A stretch of DNA of 64,000 nucleotides from assembly GCA_003971905.1 (NCBI GenBank), contig RSEE01000047.1, positions 124,001-188,000 of the forward strand, written 5' to 3'. Position 1 is the stretch's first letter. Each line of letters begins with the position of its first letter. The notes beneath the pieces were generated by a model. The model saw only the letters and a program-made list of their open reading frames with translations, was not told where the DNA came from and ran no database searches. The position numbers and the translations under genes were made by a program. Below are positions 39,711-52,519 of this stretch, one piece after another. This stretch comes from Moniliella sp. 'wahieum' (Eukaryota).

Positions 39711-42489
39711 ATGGCGACGACGATGCCCCCCGACACGCCCGATGCGGCGCTCTCTGGCGTCGGCCCCTCCTGGCCGCGTGCGTCGCTGCTCGACCATCGC
39801 ACCAGCCAGCCGCTGGACCTCTCCTTCTCGACGACCCATTGCCGACACGTCGAGCAAGACCCCCCGCCCGCGCTCCTGCGTCGGACGGATTCGCGGCCGG
39901 GTTTGGGTCGCAAGCGCTGCCGGACACCTACTCTCCCTCTCAGTCGCCGTTGGATTCCCCCGACCGGTCCTCAGCCCGCACGCCCACGCCTCCACCGCCG
40001 GTTATCTCCTCGGCGCTCGACGATGGATCGGACTCTGCCTTTCGCCTGAGCCGGTTCGAGGGTTCTTCGGGCCTACCCTGGCCCGCGGCAACGGCTCAAG
40101 TTTCCGCATGCAATCCCCTCCGCTTGGCACCACCTCTGATCTGGCGCGGGACGATCTGGGTTACATTGCTCCTGTAGCCACCAGCGTGGCCCGCTCGCGC
40201 CAGATGCGCCTTCCCACTCTCGCCTATCCTTCCTCACCAAGTTTGCATGGAGAGAAACCCAGTGGATCGCCCCTGCAGGCTATGGCAAAGAACGCTATTC
40301 GCATTTCCTCCGGCGCTCCTCGGACGAGCGTATGGCGCCGCTGCCGGGAGAGCGGGAGACGCACGATCGTAGGGTGCCCACTGGGTTCACCCATCGTCTC
40401 TCGTCTGGGTCCGAGGTAAGTGGCGAAGCTCACCCTCACACCCACCGGCCCTCGCCCTTGCCACACTCTCGATTTGCCTATGAAACGCCGCGGCTGGCCA
40501 GTGACAAGCGGGTGCTCCGTTCTGCTGCCGCAGCTGCGTCGGTGGCCCGGCCTCGGCCTACACCTTGGTCGACCACCAAGACTCCCTTCCGGGCACAACG
40601 TGTCCCAGTCTATGTCGACCCCGAGGAAGGTGGGAGAGAAAGAGGATGACGCCTCGCTGTCCTTGAGCGACAAGGAAAACAAATCTCCCCCCTCTGGTGA
40701 GGCATCCTCATCCACCCCCCCCGCTCGCTTCCCACAATTTCCACCCCACATCTGTCCCGTCCCTGTCCTCCCAAACCCCACCAGATCCAGCACCCTTTCC
40801 AAAGGGACCAGCAGGGCGAATTGGCCATGGTGCAAGGCATCTCCCATCCGGTGACGAGCCTCGACCCGGGTCCCATTTGCCCGGGTACGAGCTCGGAGCC
40901 GGGCAGAAGAAGATGAGGCGGACAACGAAGAGCAAGGTCTCCCCTTGGCCCCCGCCAACCAAGTGGTGGGCCGGGACTGTCTACTTTGTTGGATAAAGGT
41001 TTGCGCGTCAGTAGCGCCGGAGTTGCGGAGATGGTTTCCAATTCGTCTCAGGTACCTGCAGAACGGGGATGGCAGCCCGCGCAGTGTCCCAGCCACCGAT
41101 GATGCACCAGCCTCTGTTCATGGCTCCTCCCGCTGCCACCTCCTCGAGGCTCGAGTCTCTCCCGATTGAGGAACGACCGCGGTGTTGGCACGAACGCCGG
41201 AGCAGGATAAGTTTGGGCTGTATGAGCGCGAAGTACTGGCTGAGGCAGCGCGGCAGGCGTCATACGAGCCCGAAAGGATTTCCCAATGGTTGGGGAAGAG
41301 TGCGGGCAAGGACTGGAAGGATTTCAAGCCGACAACGGTCAATGGCCTGCGCTATCGCAAAATCCGCAAGGCGGGCGAAGGCGGCTTTTCCACCGTCTGG
41401 TCGTCCGCGGACCCTTTGAACGGGTGGATACCAAGCAAGAGTATCCCGAACGCCAACAAGCTTTCTTTGCCATGAAGCAAGTCAACCTGAAGAAGCTCGA
41501 GCCCCAAAGCCGGGCAGATGTGCTGAAGGAAGCTGAGCATCTTGAAGCGCTCGCCTGCCGCCCAGGATACGACAAGTACATGCTTCGTTACTTTGCTCAT
41601 AAGGCCAACGACAGTCATCTCAAGATTGTACGTCTCTCTTTTCCCAGTTTTGCGTTTGCTGTCTTTTCTGACCGTCTCCCCCCCCCCCTCCTCAGCTAAT
41701 TGAGCTTGGCGATTGTGACTTTTCCGACATTTTGCGGCACCAGCAGCTAAGCCGGTGGCAGATCCCCAAGACCTTTGGGCAAATGTGCGAGGCCGTTCAT
41801 TTTCTTCATACTGCTGGAATTGTTCACACTGATCTCAAGCCGGCCAATTTTCTTCGTGCTGGGGACAGCATCAAGATTATCGACTTGGGCATTGCCCAAA
41901 AGATTCCCAAAGGCACCATCCACATCTCACGCGAAGCCTTGGTGGGTACCCCGAACTACATGGCACCTGAAACCGTCAAGCTTTCCCGTGCTGCGGCGGG
42001 GGGCGGCGGTGCGCGACCGCCGGCCTTGTTCAAGGCTGGGATCGCATCGGACGTATGGGCAATGGGGTGCATCCTCTACCAACTGGTCTACGGCCGCCCG
42101 CCGTTCGACAGGCTTACGGGGAGGCCAAGCTGCGAGCGATTGTATCGGAAAAGACGGTGATTGAATACCCAGCCAATCGGCCAGCGGCCTACCCAGCTCA
42201 GCCGGGCGAGGAGGGAGAATTGGTCGATGAAGTGTTGCTGGACGCGATGAAGTCGGCATTGCAGTACCAGGTGGCGAACCGAGCGACGCTGCCTTCGCTT
42301 CTTGCCCACCCCTTCATGGCTCCCTACTCTCGTGCCTCGGAGCAGGTGCTTGTGACCAGGGACACAATGTACCTCTTCCTGACCCGCGTCCGCGACCTCG
42401 AGCGCGCTGGCCGGATTGTCCCAGGAACCGAGGCCAGCATGGTCGAGAACTTTTTCTATAAGATGCTCTCGGCATCTCAGGAGTCCTAG
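39711..42489 (+). CDS. Mps1/TTK-like protein kinase; intron 41628-41695; start approximate
   Basis: GEGGFSTV, FAMKQVNL, QMCEAVH, IVHTDLKPANFL, KIIDLGIA.KIP..T.HISRE..VGTPNYMAPE, SDVWAMGCILYQ.VYGRPPF. Confidence 0.8.
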
Positions 42490-43499
42490 CAAGGCCATTC
42501 GGTCATCCTCCTCCGTTTCGGGCGCTTGGCCGTACACCTACCTCGTCGACGACGCAGCTTGATTTTGGTCGCCACCCCCCTTTCACAATGTTTCTCTCTT
42601 TCGCTTTCTATAAGAGCATTCTTCTCTTCTCGGCAAGGTACTGGCACGCCGTACTCTCATCACTTCCTTCCCCCTGCATTGTATTCTTGAGACTTATGCT
42701 CTTTCTATATATCCTCCTCCCGCCGAGCCTGCGGGCGGTGCAGAGATGAGAGGTGCACGGGGGTATGTGAGATATATGGGCACAGATCACTCTCAAGCAG
42801 CCGAGTTCCTTTGATGGAAGCGAGCCTTGGCCAGGGTGAAGTAGCTGCAGGCCAGAGCAGCCTTCATATATCAGGGGGCTCCCATTCCTATTACTCCGCA
42901 TATTCATACCTCCCTCGGTATAACGAACAAACCACTATAGTAAAGTCCTTGTTTCCTCAGTATACACGCGGGCGAGTGCGTTCCCAACCCAAACCAAGTT
43001 GGTACCGCAGGTTTCCAGACGTTGCGCCCTCCGGCCTCCAGCCTCAGAAACGCCAACTCAGGCACCACGCGAAATATTCGAGCTCAGGCGCTCAGCCTGA
43101 GTCTCAGTGTCACTGGCATGTTAGCGCCACAAGTCAGAGAAGTGTTGGTATTTGGTCGTGTGACACATGTGATGGCTTGACGGTTTGAAACGATGCAAGT
43201 GGTTGCTGGGTAGCCGGAATGCCTGCTTGTATTTTGTAACACACTGGACCCACGCCATCCCTTCTTTTGTGGGGCCAGGCACAAAACCAGAGGAGGGGGG
43301 GCGCGGCGTCCACGGCAGCCTCAGAGAGCGCTGGATAAATTTGTGTCCTCCGCCATCTCATACACCCCCCTCCATCCCATACCTGCCATACCTTGCCACA
43401 CCTCGCAAGCCACTGACTCGCGGTACTCTCGGCGTTCCCGTTCCCGGCGGAGTGGTCCTGGCTCAGCGCTCTGGTTTCAGGCGCTCACACTCAGGACCA

Positions 43500-43750
43500 G
43501 ACCGAGCGTTGAGCGCTGAGCGCGCGTTGAATCTTGAGAGCTTGAGCGTTGAGCTTGAGCGCGTTGAATGTTGAGTGTTGAGAAGGCCGTTGAGAGGCAC
43601 ACAGCCTGAGCGCTGAACCATTGAGACTCAACGGTTCAACGTTGAGCTTGAGCGCTCAACGTTGAGCGTTGAGCACGTTGGATGCAGAAGACACACACAA
43701 GGCCACGCGATGAAGCTTTAAGCTTGAAGTTCAAGCCTGAAGTTCAAGTC
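43500..43750. repeat. Intergenic heptamer/palindrome array
   Basis: Many AGCGTTG/AGCGCTG/AACGTTG/AAGCTTG units. Confidence 0.75.
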
Positions 43751-44276
43751 TCTTCTTCTGAGGTGCATATGCCCGCGCTACCTCCCCTCAAAGGTACTAG
43801 TATCTGGCGTTTCTGTATCTCGCTTTTATGATACACTCTTTTGACACTCAGTAAGTAATAGTGGCTGGGGTCAGGACTCACAGTGGCCGACGGTAAGGAT
43901 ACGGCCAAGTAGAGAGTTGGTTCTGTACTCGCTGTCCGAATAGAGGCTTATTTCTTTTGGAGTAGGGCACTTAGCACGCAACACATGTACTGTGGGAAAA
44001 GGATCAGTGGTGGTCAAATTGTTGTTAACATATAGTCTACCCAGACGAGGTATTCACGCGTCACCACGTTTATCCTCCCTTGTCCTGGTGGTCGTTGATG
44101 TGTGGACAGGAATGCTATAGAGGCAAGGGAAAAGTAGCAATGCAAAAAGATAAATGTTGAAATGGAGGAGTTAAAATGAGCAGTTGAAGCTGTAAAGACA
44201 AGGGCACGGTGTATAACGCAAAATGGGGAGCAACGGAGAAAAGGTGGGATGAAAGAGAGTGCGTGCTCCGGACCGA

Positions 44277-45349
44277 TTAGCGGGTGTAAGGAAAGGCAAT
44301 GAAACGCAGAAGAAGTACAAGTACAGCAAAAAGTGAGGCGGATAGGGGGCAAACGAGCGAGGAAACAATTTGAGGAGAGAATAGAAAACGGTGTGGATAG
44401 TGGGAAATGAGGAGGGGAGGAGCCAATGTGTGGGCTTTCCTCCCCAAGGGAGACTTATAGAGTCGCAACCCCCAAATTTGAGGCGAAGTGGTGTGCTCGA
44501 AACCCAGAGAAGCGCGGCGAAGGAGGTTACCAATTGGGATACCCCCATTGGGTGTATGTCCGGCTGGGTCGGCGTCGGTCACGGCTCCAGCAGCATAGGC
44601 CGTATGAGGCGTGAGAACTGGAAGAGCACGGGCCTTGGTGGAGCGGATGCCTAACTTGGAGGAGCCGCGCGGTGAGGTAGATACCTTCCAGGGCACGGAC
44701 GAGGACCAGGAGGAAGCGCTGGATGACACGCGCGCGCTTGTGCTCGTGCCACGAGAGTGAGCCGGGGTGGATCCAAGCAGTGGCGATGGCAGATCCGGAA
44801 TGCAGGGCGCGGGGGTGGGTACCGTTTCGTCTGGTGGAGACAGGGCTCGCGAGGACGTGAGCAACGGAAGGCCGGACACCGATGTGGACGAAGCAGAGGG
44901 ACTGGATGCGTCGGTTAGGTGAGTGGCATGCGGCCGGTAGTGGCACTGGGTGAGGCGTAGTGGGTGAATGCAGATGCGAAGGACTTGGTGTCACTAGGGC
45001 TGGTGCGCAGGCCGTGCGATTGGAACGAGGGGGGGAGAAGGTAGGGATGATTGGTGCTGGCGCTGGCGCTGGCGCACGTGCTCGCGTAGCTACGCGGGCG
45101 GGCAGTTGATGGGGCGTGGCCTGCCCTATGACGACGGGAGGGGCGCACGCGGACGAAGTAGCCCAGGTTGGGTGCTGACCGCATGCGGCTGATGCCCAAC
45201 GCTGCCGAGCGCGAACGGAGGGGCAGCGGGGCAACACAGGTGTCGCGCACGCAAGAAAGGCGGGCCTGGTGTTGTGCCGGGAGGGTGGCCAGCTCACCTG
45301 ACAGAGCGACATGCGTGCCAAAGCGCAGAGGCATGGGGTTGCGGTCCAT
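44277..45349 (-). CDS. Hypothetical Ser/Pro-rich protein (fragmented ORFs)
   Basis: Successive GC-rich minus ORFs 44915-45349 and 44277-44879; contains an RRAS PKA-type site; no recognised domain. Confidence 0.35.
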
Positions 45350-45684
45350 GACGCGGACAGGGAGAGGCCGGGGGTGAAGCCGGTGAGGCTGGTGAGGCTA
45401 GAAGAAGGTGGTGGAGATGATCGATGAAGCTTGCAGCGCCGAAATCCACAGTTGTGATGGTAAAAAGGACAGCAAGCCGTGCCCCACACAGGCGAGATGC
45501 GTTGTCATTTTGCACTGTCCCCGTGCGTCCGAGCTGATTTTTGAGTGGCGCCCCCTCATGCATCGATCTATTGCATCATGCATCATGTTCACACATGCTC
45601 TTCGTCCCGTCGAGTCTGAGGGAGGCAGAACGGCGCCAGTGTTCGCGGCCCAGTTGCGTCAGTTCACTGGTCGCAACTCGCCGA

Positions 45685-45960
45685 AGTCACTAGTCATTAG
45701 TCACTGATCGCCGGTCACCGGTCACCGGTCACCCCGCTTCAGGCACAGTCTTGTCCACACGGGCAGGTCTGGGGGGGCGCGAGGCTGAGATGATCGATCG
45801 ATGAACGATGATCGATGACTAGTGACTTCGATGACTAGATGACTCCGTCGACCACCAGTACACAGTACTCGGCGTACTCAGTGCAACCCATCGTACTCAG
45901 TACACTCAGACTCAGTACTAGTCACTGTAATCATTCATTGGTCGTCGCGCTCAAGCTCAA
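45685..45960. repeat. Intergenic heptamer/palindrome array
   Basis: (ACCGGTC)n, ATCGATG, ACTAGTG and AGTACTC units. Confidence 0.75.
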
Positions 45961-48257
45961 CCCCCTCTCTGGCCGCTACCGTTTGCTAAGGCACTGGCCA
46001 TCCACTTCTCTCTAAAACACAGTGGCGCTGCGTATTACTTCTATTCCGAACTGTTGCACGTTTCTGGCACTCAGTAAGGCGTACTGTCACGCACATGTCA
46101 CCGCGATGGGGAGGGAGGCATCGCATTTGGGGCGCATGCCTCGATGTCACATGTCACACAATGTCACAGTGGGTCCGTGTGCTGAGCCAAAGGAGGTGCA
46201 GGGCTATATTTCACCACTTGCAGAGATGTGTTCTGTTTCAAGCTTCACCCCCCCACAGCCGAACAAAAACAAGCGTAAAATGGCATCCATTCAGGTCTTC
46301 TCTCTTCTCCACAGCATGCCATTTTGGCAACCGCTTTTGACAGTAGCGGATGTGGATAATGCTGAACCACGACGAGGTGACACGTATATAATTTTGCTTT
46401 TGGCAGAGTCTCCCCTCAGTCTTTGGTCCCTCTTCAACTCTTCAACTGCAAATGCCGTTGGTCTTGTTGGATGCACAAGTCCCGATCAGCAGAAGGTAAG
46501 CGTTGAGGCATCTCTTTCTTTTTCAGTTCAGTTTCGGGCCAATTTGTTTGTGGGCGAACGCGTCCACAGATTGGCACATCCTTCTGTGTGTTTTCCACCA
46601 ATCAAAGAAAACATATGGCTCTGCATATGATACGATGTGGCGGATTCAGGCGCGGGGACATGAAACCAGGGGGCCCTGTGGAGTAGTCTGTGGAACTATC
46701 TCATGCCCCCCCCCCTTACCCGCTCCGAGACGAGGGTCTTGGTTTTCTGTGTCTGATCTCGATTTGTTGTTGTTGGTCAAAGCTCTCGGTTCGCATGTTG
46801 TGGGTGCCGCTGCTGTGCCATGGTTAAATCATTCTACGCGAAATCCATACCGTAACATCCATCATGTGCAAGGACGGATCCTCTTTAGGACCCCTACAAA
46901 GCGCAGTGAAGAAAAGCTCATGGATCGTCTGATTTCTTCTGCTGCTTCGGCTGCCCCAGTAATAGCGCTTGACTGTATATAGTGTAGACACCCCATCCGT
47001 CAAGTCGAGTTTCTCGTGAGATCACACAACTGCAACTATATATGTTTTCTTGTCAACGGGGGCAAAAGTACATTGATATGTATAGTGGGAAATGGCAGGA
47101 TACCAAAAAGGGGGGGGGGGCAGCTGACTGATGTCCAATGTAAGTACCGCGACCATGTATTCGCACCGTTGCAACATATGTCGGGGGGGGGGGGGAAATA
47201 ACGGCAAGGATTAGCTTTAGCCTGTACGGCGACAAGAGAATTGACCGCGCACAGAGGGGCACAGGACGCTTAGTATTATATTGAATGTCGGTACGGAGTC
47301 CGCTGTGCATCATGAGACTTAACCGTTTTGTTCGCAGGCCTCACGACATGATATACACAACAGAGATTATTGTTTTGAGCCATTCTGTTTTCTGAAGGAT
47401 GGTCTTTTCCCACTGGGTGTGGACGCAAGGCAAATGGTACCGGTCTGCACCTTGGACCCCATTATTATCATGAGCGTAAGTATAGAAAACGCCAAATACA
47501 GGAAGGACGGTAGGCCAGAACCGCAGGCAAGGAACACTTGCACGGGAGAGGAGTATCTTTTGACGGCAGTGAGCATGAGACTTTGTTGTCTGCCTAGTCC
47601 TGGAAGGACTCTAGGAAAGCACAGGGGACTGAAGAGGAGCAAATGATGAAATGAAGCTTGAGAGTTAGGTCTGTGAGAGTGCACAGCAGTGTCCATGAAG
47701 TGTAAATATAAGAGATAGATCCCCGCAGCGGACGCTCTGTGGAAGAACTGTGATACTGGGGGCACTGTGTCCCGACGCGTAGAAGATATTTGGCTAAGGC
47801 CTGACAAACGGAAAAATGACTGACCATGTGGGGTTTCCGGGTGGTGACGCCGGTGACAACGTAGGACCCAGTGGCCAACACCTGCTCTACGGCGATCGAT
47901 GACTTTGTACGGGCCTAGAGAGAGAGATTCGAAAGGCGAGAGGTAAAAGGCCCCAGTCAACCAGCAATTAAATTGAAATGTGCAAACGACCCACCGCCCT
48001 GCCTTCCTGGTCTACGCCACCGCAGCGCCGGCTCTCGGGCATGTCTCGATCTAAACATACACATCCCACCATCACTAGTCACTGAGTGCCCTGGCCTCTT
48101 CCGAGACGACGAAACAGCAACACACGTCGCGCTTCAAAGGTACCAATGGATTGAGCCAGCGTGAGGAAATGATTGCTAGTACCAGCGGACATATATATGA
48201 GTGAGGCGATATTCAAAGGGACACACCCGACGCCAGCAACACCGCCACCTCATTTTC

Positions 48258-49113
48258 TCAGGGTTGCATGGCCATAACACGAGCTTGCGCCCGCACCCGC
48301 TTTCTGCGAAGCAAGAAGGGTAAGTAAACAATGTACAGTAAACAGAGGGAAGACAACGACGTACTCGTACTCGGCCTTGTTCTCGAGGTACACCTCATAG
48401 GCTTCAGCTTGGGCTGGGTCCGAGTTGTTGGGCTCCAGGAGAAGCGTTTGGATGCCCATCACAATCTGAAATGCAAAAATGTCAGCTAAGGAAGACCAAT
48501 ACTGCATGGTCCACAATATCAACGCTGTGGGTGCCAGTACACACCTGCTTAATCGTGATCGAAGGCTTCCACGCCTTGTCCTCATTCAGGATCGAAAGGC
48601 AGACAGTGCCAGAGGGGAAAACGTTGGGGTGGAAGAGTGGAGGGTCAAACTTGACCTTCGGTGGCTTCGCCGGGTATTCATCGGGAAAGTTCTGCCATGC
48701 AAAGGAACACGTTAGAATTACATATCCATCCAACACCATCACCATCGCAGGATAGGGCTGGGCCCCGCACACGCACCATGACCAGCTTGTACATGCCTCC
48801 CGCCCATGGAGTACCCTCTTTGCCGGGGATCCCAACCTCCCAATTTTTCATGTCCATCGTACCATCCGGGAGCTTCTTGGGCCGCGCGTAAAACCCCTGC
48901 CAAGAGAAAAAGTAAGTTTTAGTATGTCCGAAGATGCATGCTAACCGGCAAGCTGATAGCGAGACGGGTCGGCCACGTACGAATGGGTGATCCTTGCGCC
49001 ACGCCTTGCGCTCTTGGGTCAATCTGAATATGAACAAGGAGGTGAGGATGCAGTCCAAGTAACCTAGAAAGGGGAGAAGAACTCGAGACGCACCGAGTCA
49101 AGCAAAGGGACAT
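48258..49113 (-). CDS. UBC9: SUMO-conjugating enzyme Ubc9; multi-intron
   Basis: [27 protein letters not shown]...[49 protein letters not shown]...W.P.ITIKQ|...PAQAEAY. Confidence 0.95.
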
Positions 49114-49865
49114 TGTACAAGTTGTTGGCTGCGCAGTTGATGGGAGGTGCAAACCACTACAACGGTGTTTGTTTGACGCGGTTTCTGGAGATTGGGCTGT
49201 GGCGGAATGCAACGGCCCATTTCCGCCCAGCACAACCCTAGTAGGCGCGTTCCAGCAGCTTGCCCGGATTTTCAATTTCAACGTTGCACAGCATCCGCTG
49301 GAGGCCGACGGGGCAGCGGCTTGGTGTTGTATTGGAGGTTGTTCATTACATTCATGTCCCTGCTAACCCTCTGTAGGTGGCGTGGACTTAGTATAAAGGC
49401 AGCTGTCGAGGAGGGGGGGGGAGTGATGCTCTTGAGATTGTGCCCGGATAAGGCTAACTATAGGGTGCAGCAATATGCAGCATGGCTTAGAGGGAGGACT
49501 CTGCCACAACGAGGTACACCACAAGGATTATTCGTGTCCATCCAATCCTCCTCGTTTTCCTCATCAAAATATCTTCTTGGGCTAAAACGTTGCCGGGAGT
49601 TGATAAGATGTTCTTCCGCCACTGTGCCCTCGATCTTTCCAAGTCCTCCACAGGCCCCGTCGTACTGTTCGAAAAGAAGAGCTTGCGTCTGTGGGGTCTT
49701 TGGCCTTTTTGACGGCCGAGGTGGAGGCAACAAAGAAATTTCTACTCTGACTAAAGGATGGAAGAGTAACCGAATCTCCCCGGTCGGTCTCCAAAAGGGG
49801 AATTGCTTGAAAGAGGGGTTGCTTTGGATGCCGATGATGTTCCGCGGTAAACAAAACGCGTGATA

Positions 49866-49888
49866 ACACACACACACACACACACACA
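49866..49888. repeat. (AC)n microsatellite
   Basis: About 11 AC units. Confidence 0.9.
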
Positions 49889-50599
49889 AAGGGGCTAAGG
49901 AAGATGTAGAGAAGTAGGGTCATATGCACAGCTGGTGTGAGCATTATGCGTGTGTGGCACGTCAAATCTTCACGGTGTGTTAATTGGATGGACCGTCTGG
50001 CGTACGGTGTGGTGTAGTACGCCAACAAAGGTTTCATCGCAGTCGACGTGGATAATAACGTCACGACTCTTGGCACATGATGAGACCCATATTTGATGCA
50101 TTCTGAGCTTCTCTTGGGCGTGTTGCTGACTGGCATCCATGAGATTGACATGAATGTTGCCCCTTTGCCCTCATGGTCTTTTAGTACTGATGGGAAGCAG
50201 AGGGGGGGGTATAATATTATGGTGATATAGACAACACAGCAGAGGACAAAACAGAGGACGCCAAGAGCAATGTATAAGAAGATCAGCGATAAAGAGAGTT
50301 ACAATCCTTGGCTTCGTTAACGCAAAACGTACCATCATTTTGGCCTGATCAGGCAAGGTTATGTATCTTCTTTTGTAAACATGTGGTTTACAGAGAACGC
50401 CGGGACAAAGAAGCGTGCTAAACCTAAACCGACCTGCTCATCCGATGTGTGTTGCTTGTTGGTGACAAAAACCCATTTAGGAAACGAGACAAACCTACCA
50501 GCATATCAAGACTTCTGCCGTCAGCCATCCGTCCCCATACCCGACTCGTGTGAATAGATGAATGAATCAAGAAGTAGACACCCGAACGGTGAACTATCT

Positions 50600-52350
50600 C
50601 CATTGAGACTCAGTAGTCAATAATTCTTTCCGTGGCGCCCAAACATCGATTCTTGCTCTCGCTATATTTTGGTGCCATGGTAACCTCGCGTCGTCAGAAC
50701 CGAAGGGAAGAAGAAGGGTTGTTGGGGGTGTCCCTGATACTTGTGGTTTTCTTTTGCCATCGCTGCATTCTACGTGTTTTCCTGCATCCGAGCAGCAGCT
50801 CCCTCTCCCGGCGTTCTAAAGACGCCGCGGTATTCTCGTATAACACTCTGTTATGGTACGCAACAGTCTTCATCGCCTCCTGCTTTCCCGAACCCCCCGC
50901 AACGTGTGTGGTACACCTCCATTCCTGATCCTCCGTATGCTCTACAAGTCCCATCACACTCTGTAGTCAGCACGCTTCGCCTTCTTCCCACGCCTCGTCC
51001 CATGCTCTTCCTGCCCAGTCAACTCGTTGGGATGTAGGTGTTGGGATGAAGTGCACGAGCTGGAGAATGAGCACCCGCACCACCTCGTGCAATGCACCGA
51101 ACTTGGACCAGGTGCGAGTGCAAGACATGTGCCCAACCGAGAACATCATACCCCACACTTCTATATACGCTGCGTGGAACGGCACAAGATGTGGAGCACC
51201 AACCTGACCCTGCTTGTCGGTGAGCCGGAGGCAAGCAGCTGATGGGATATGGAGGAGAGCCAAGTGTGGTTGAGTGCGTCGCTGTGTTCGACCACGTTAC
51301 GGCCCTGGGTATCGTCATCTTCTTTTGAGCATTCATGTTGACTTTTCTCCCATCTCCCCCGGCAGCGCTTGCATGGCGTCGTAAAAATGCGTTTGTCGTG
51401 CGTTCTTCCAAGGGGGCAACATAAGTGGTAATAAGATCATTGACCTCATTGGCCGCAGCGCGTGCGTGGGGCGCAATATATATGAGTCTATAGGGGGCTA
51501 AAGCATCTTCTCCCGTCCGGGGAGGCAGAGGTTCATGAGCATGTCAAAGTGATCGTCTTTCTGCGTGCTTGAGAGAGGTCCTTATCGCCCCCGATACGTC
51601 TGAACTCCATGTAGATGGAGGCATCAATCTAGGCCAGCACATCATCCAGTTCGCCCACGCCATCATAATAGCACGAGGCGTCCGTGACGGGTGATGCCAT
51701 CAACCTTGGGTGTGTCCTACCCCAGGCTGGCCAGTTGGTGTCGGAGCCACGATCAGTGACAGTCCTCCCCTCTCACGTAAGTACCCGGGCCTTGAGTCCA
51801 TCCTCCCGAATCTGGTTTTGGTCCCGTTCGACACATTTGCTGTACACAGGTTGAGGGCGAGGCTGGACTTGTCTTCTTCCAAAATCTCCGCAGCTCGGGC
51901 GGTAATGCCTGTCTCTTGTCCGAAAATGATGATAATGTCGTCCATCAGGTAAGCCATCACGAGGTGCCTCCCCCCCAGTTTGTCTTGCAACTTTTCTAAA
52001 GTGGGCCACACTGCAACATGGAGAAGAAGAACGAGGCCAGGGGATCGCCCTGTCCGACGCCTCCTTTGCCAGCATGACACACATCTCATTTCCGCCTGAC
52101 GCAACCCAAAGCTGGGTGGGGGTGCCATGGATCCACCGGCTCAAGTAAAGGAGAGCGGGGGCATAACGGTGGAGGGCGTTGGCGAGTGTGTGACGGTTTA
52201 AAACATGGTGTTTGGAAAGCGTTTTTAGTAAAATGGAGCTTGGCGAGACGACTTAATGGGGTTGAAAACATCCACAACAGTTCCGCTTCGTCCTCCCTGC
52301 CACCGCTGTCATATCCTCGGCCATCCGCACGATAGGCTCCACTCTGACTA
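50600..52350 (-). mobile_element. Fossil CRE/Cnl1/MoTeR-like non-LTR retrotransposon (RT + RLE region), 5'-truncated (copy 1)
   Basis: Broken frames read in order: VEPIVR, FTKNAF, YAPALL..W.HG.P, GVGQGDPL..FFFS, PTLEKL, AYL(M)DD, LN..KC...IREDGLK, APHARAAA, LRLTD, GH..C...LHE.V, RADY. Confidence 0.8.
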
Positions 52351-52519
52351 CTGTATGATCTATCATATATCATCTCTCTTCGGCGCACCTTACAGCGGAC
52401 GCGTGGATGGGTATACGACAGCATATGTGTCTGTTCTATAAAGGGCCGGTGGCTTACTTCAAGCTTCTCTCAGATCTTCTAACCCCCGCACAAGACGAGT
52501 TGTGAACAGAACATCATTC

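Noticed and set aside
46020..47000. Possible small spliced gene on the + strand
   Set aside because: Splice-like sites exist, but there is no recognisable protein or coherent exon chain.
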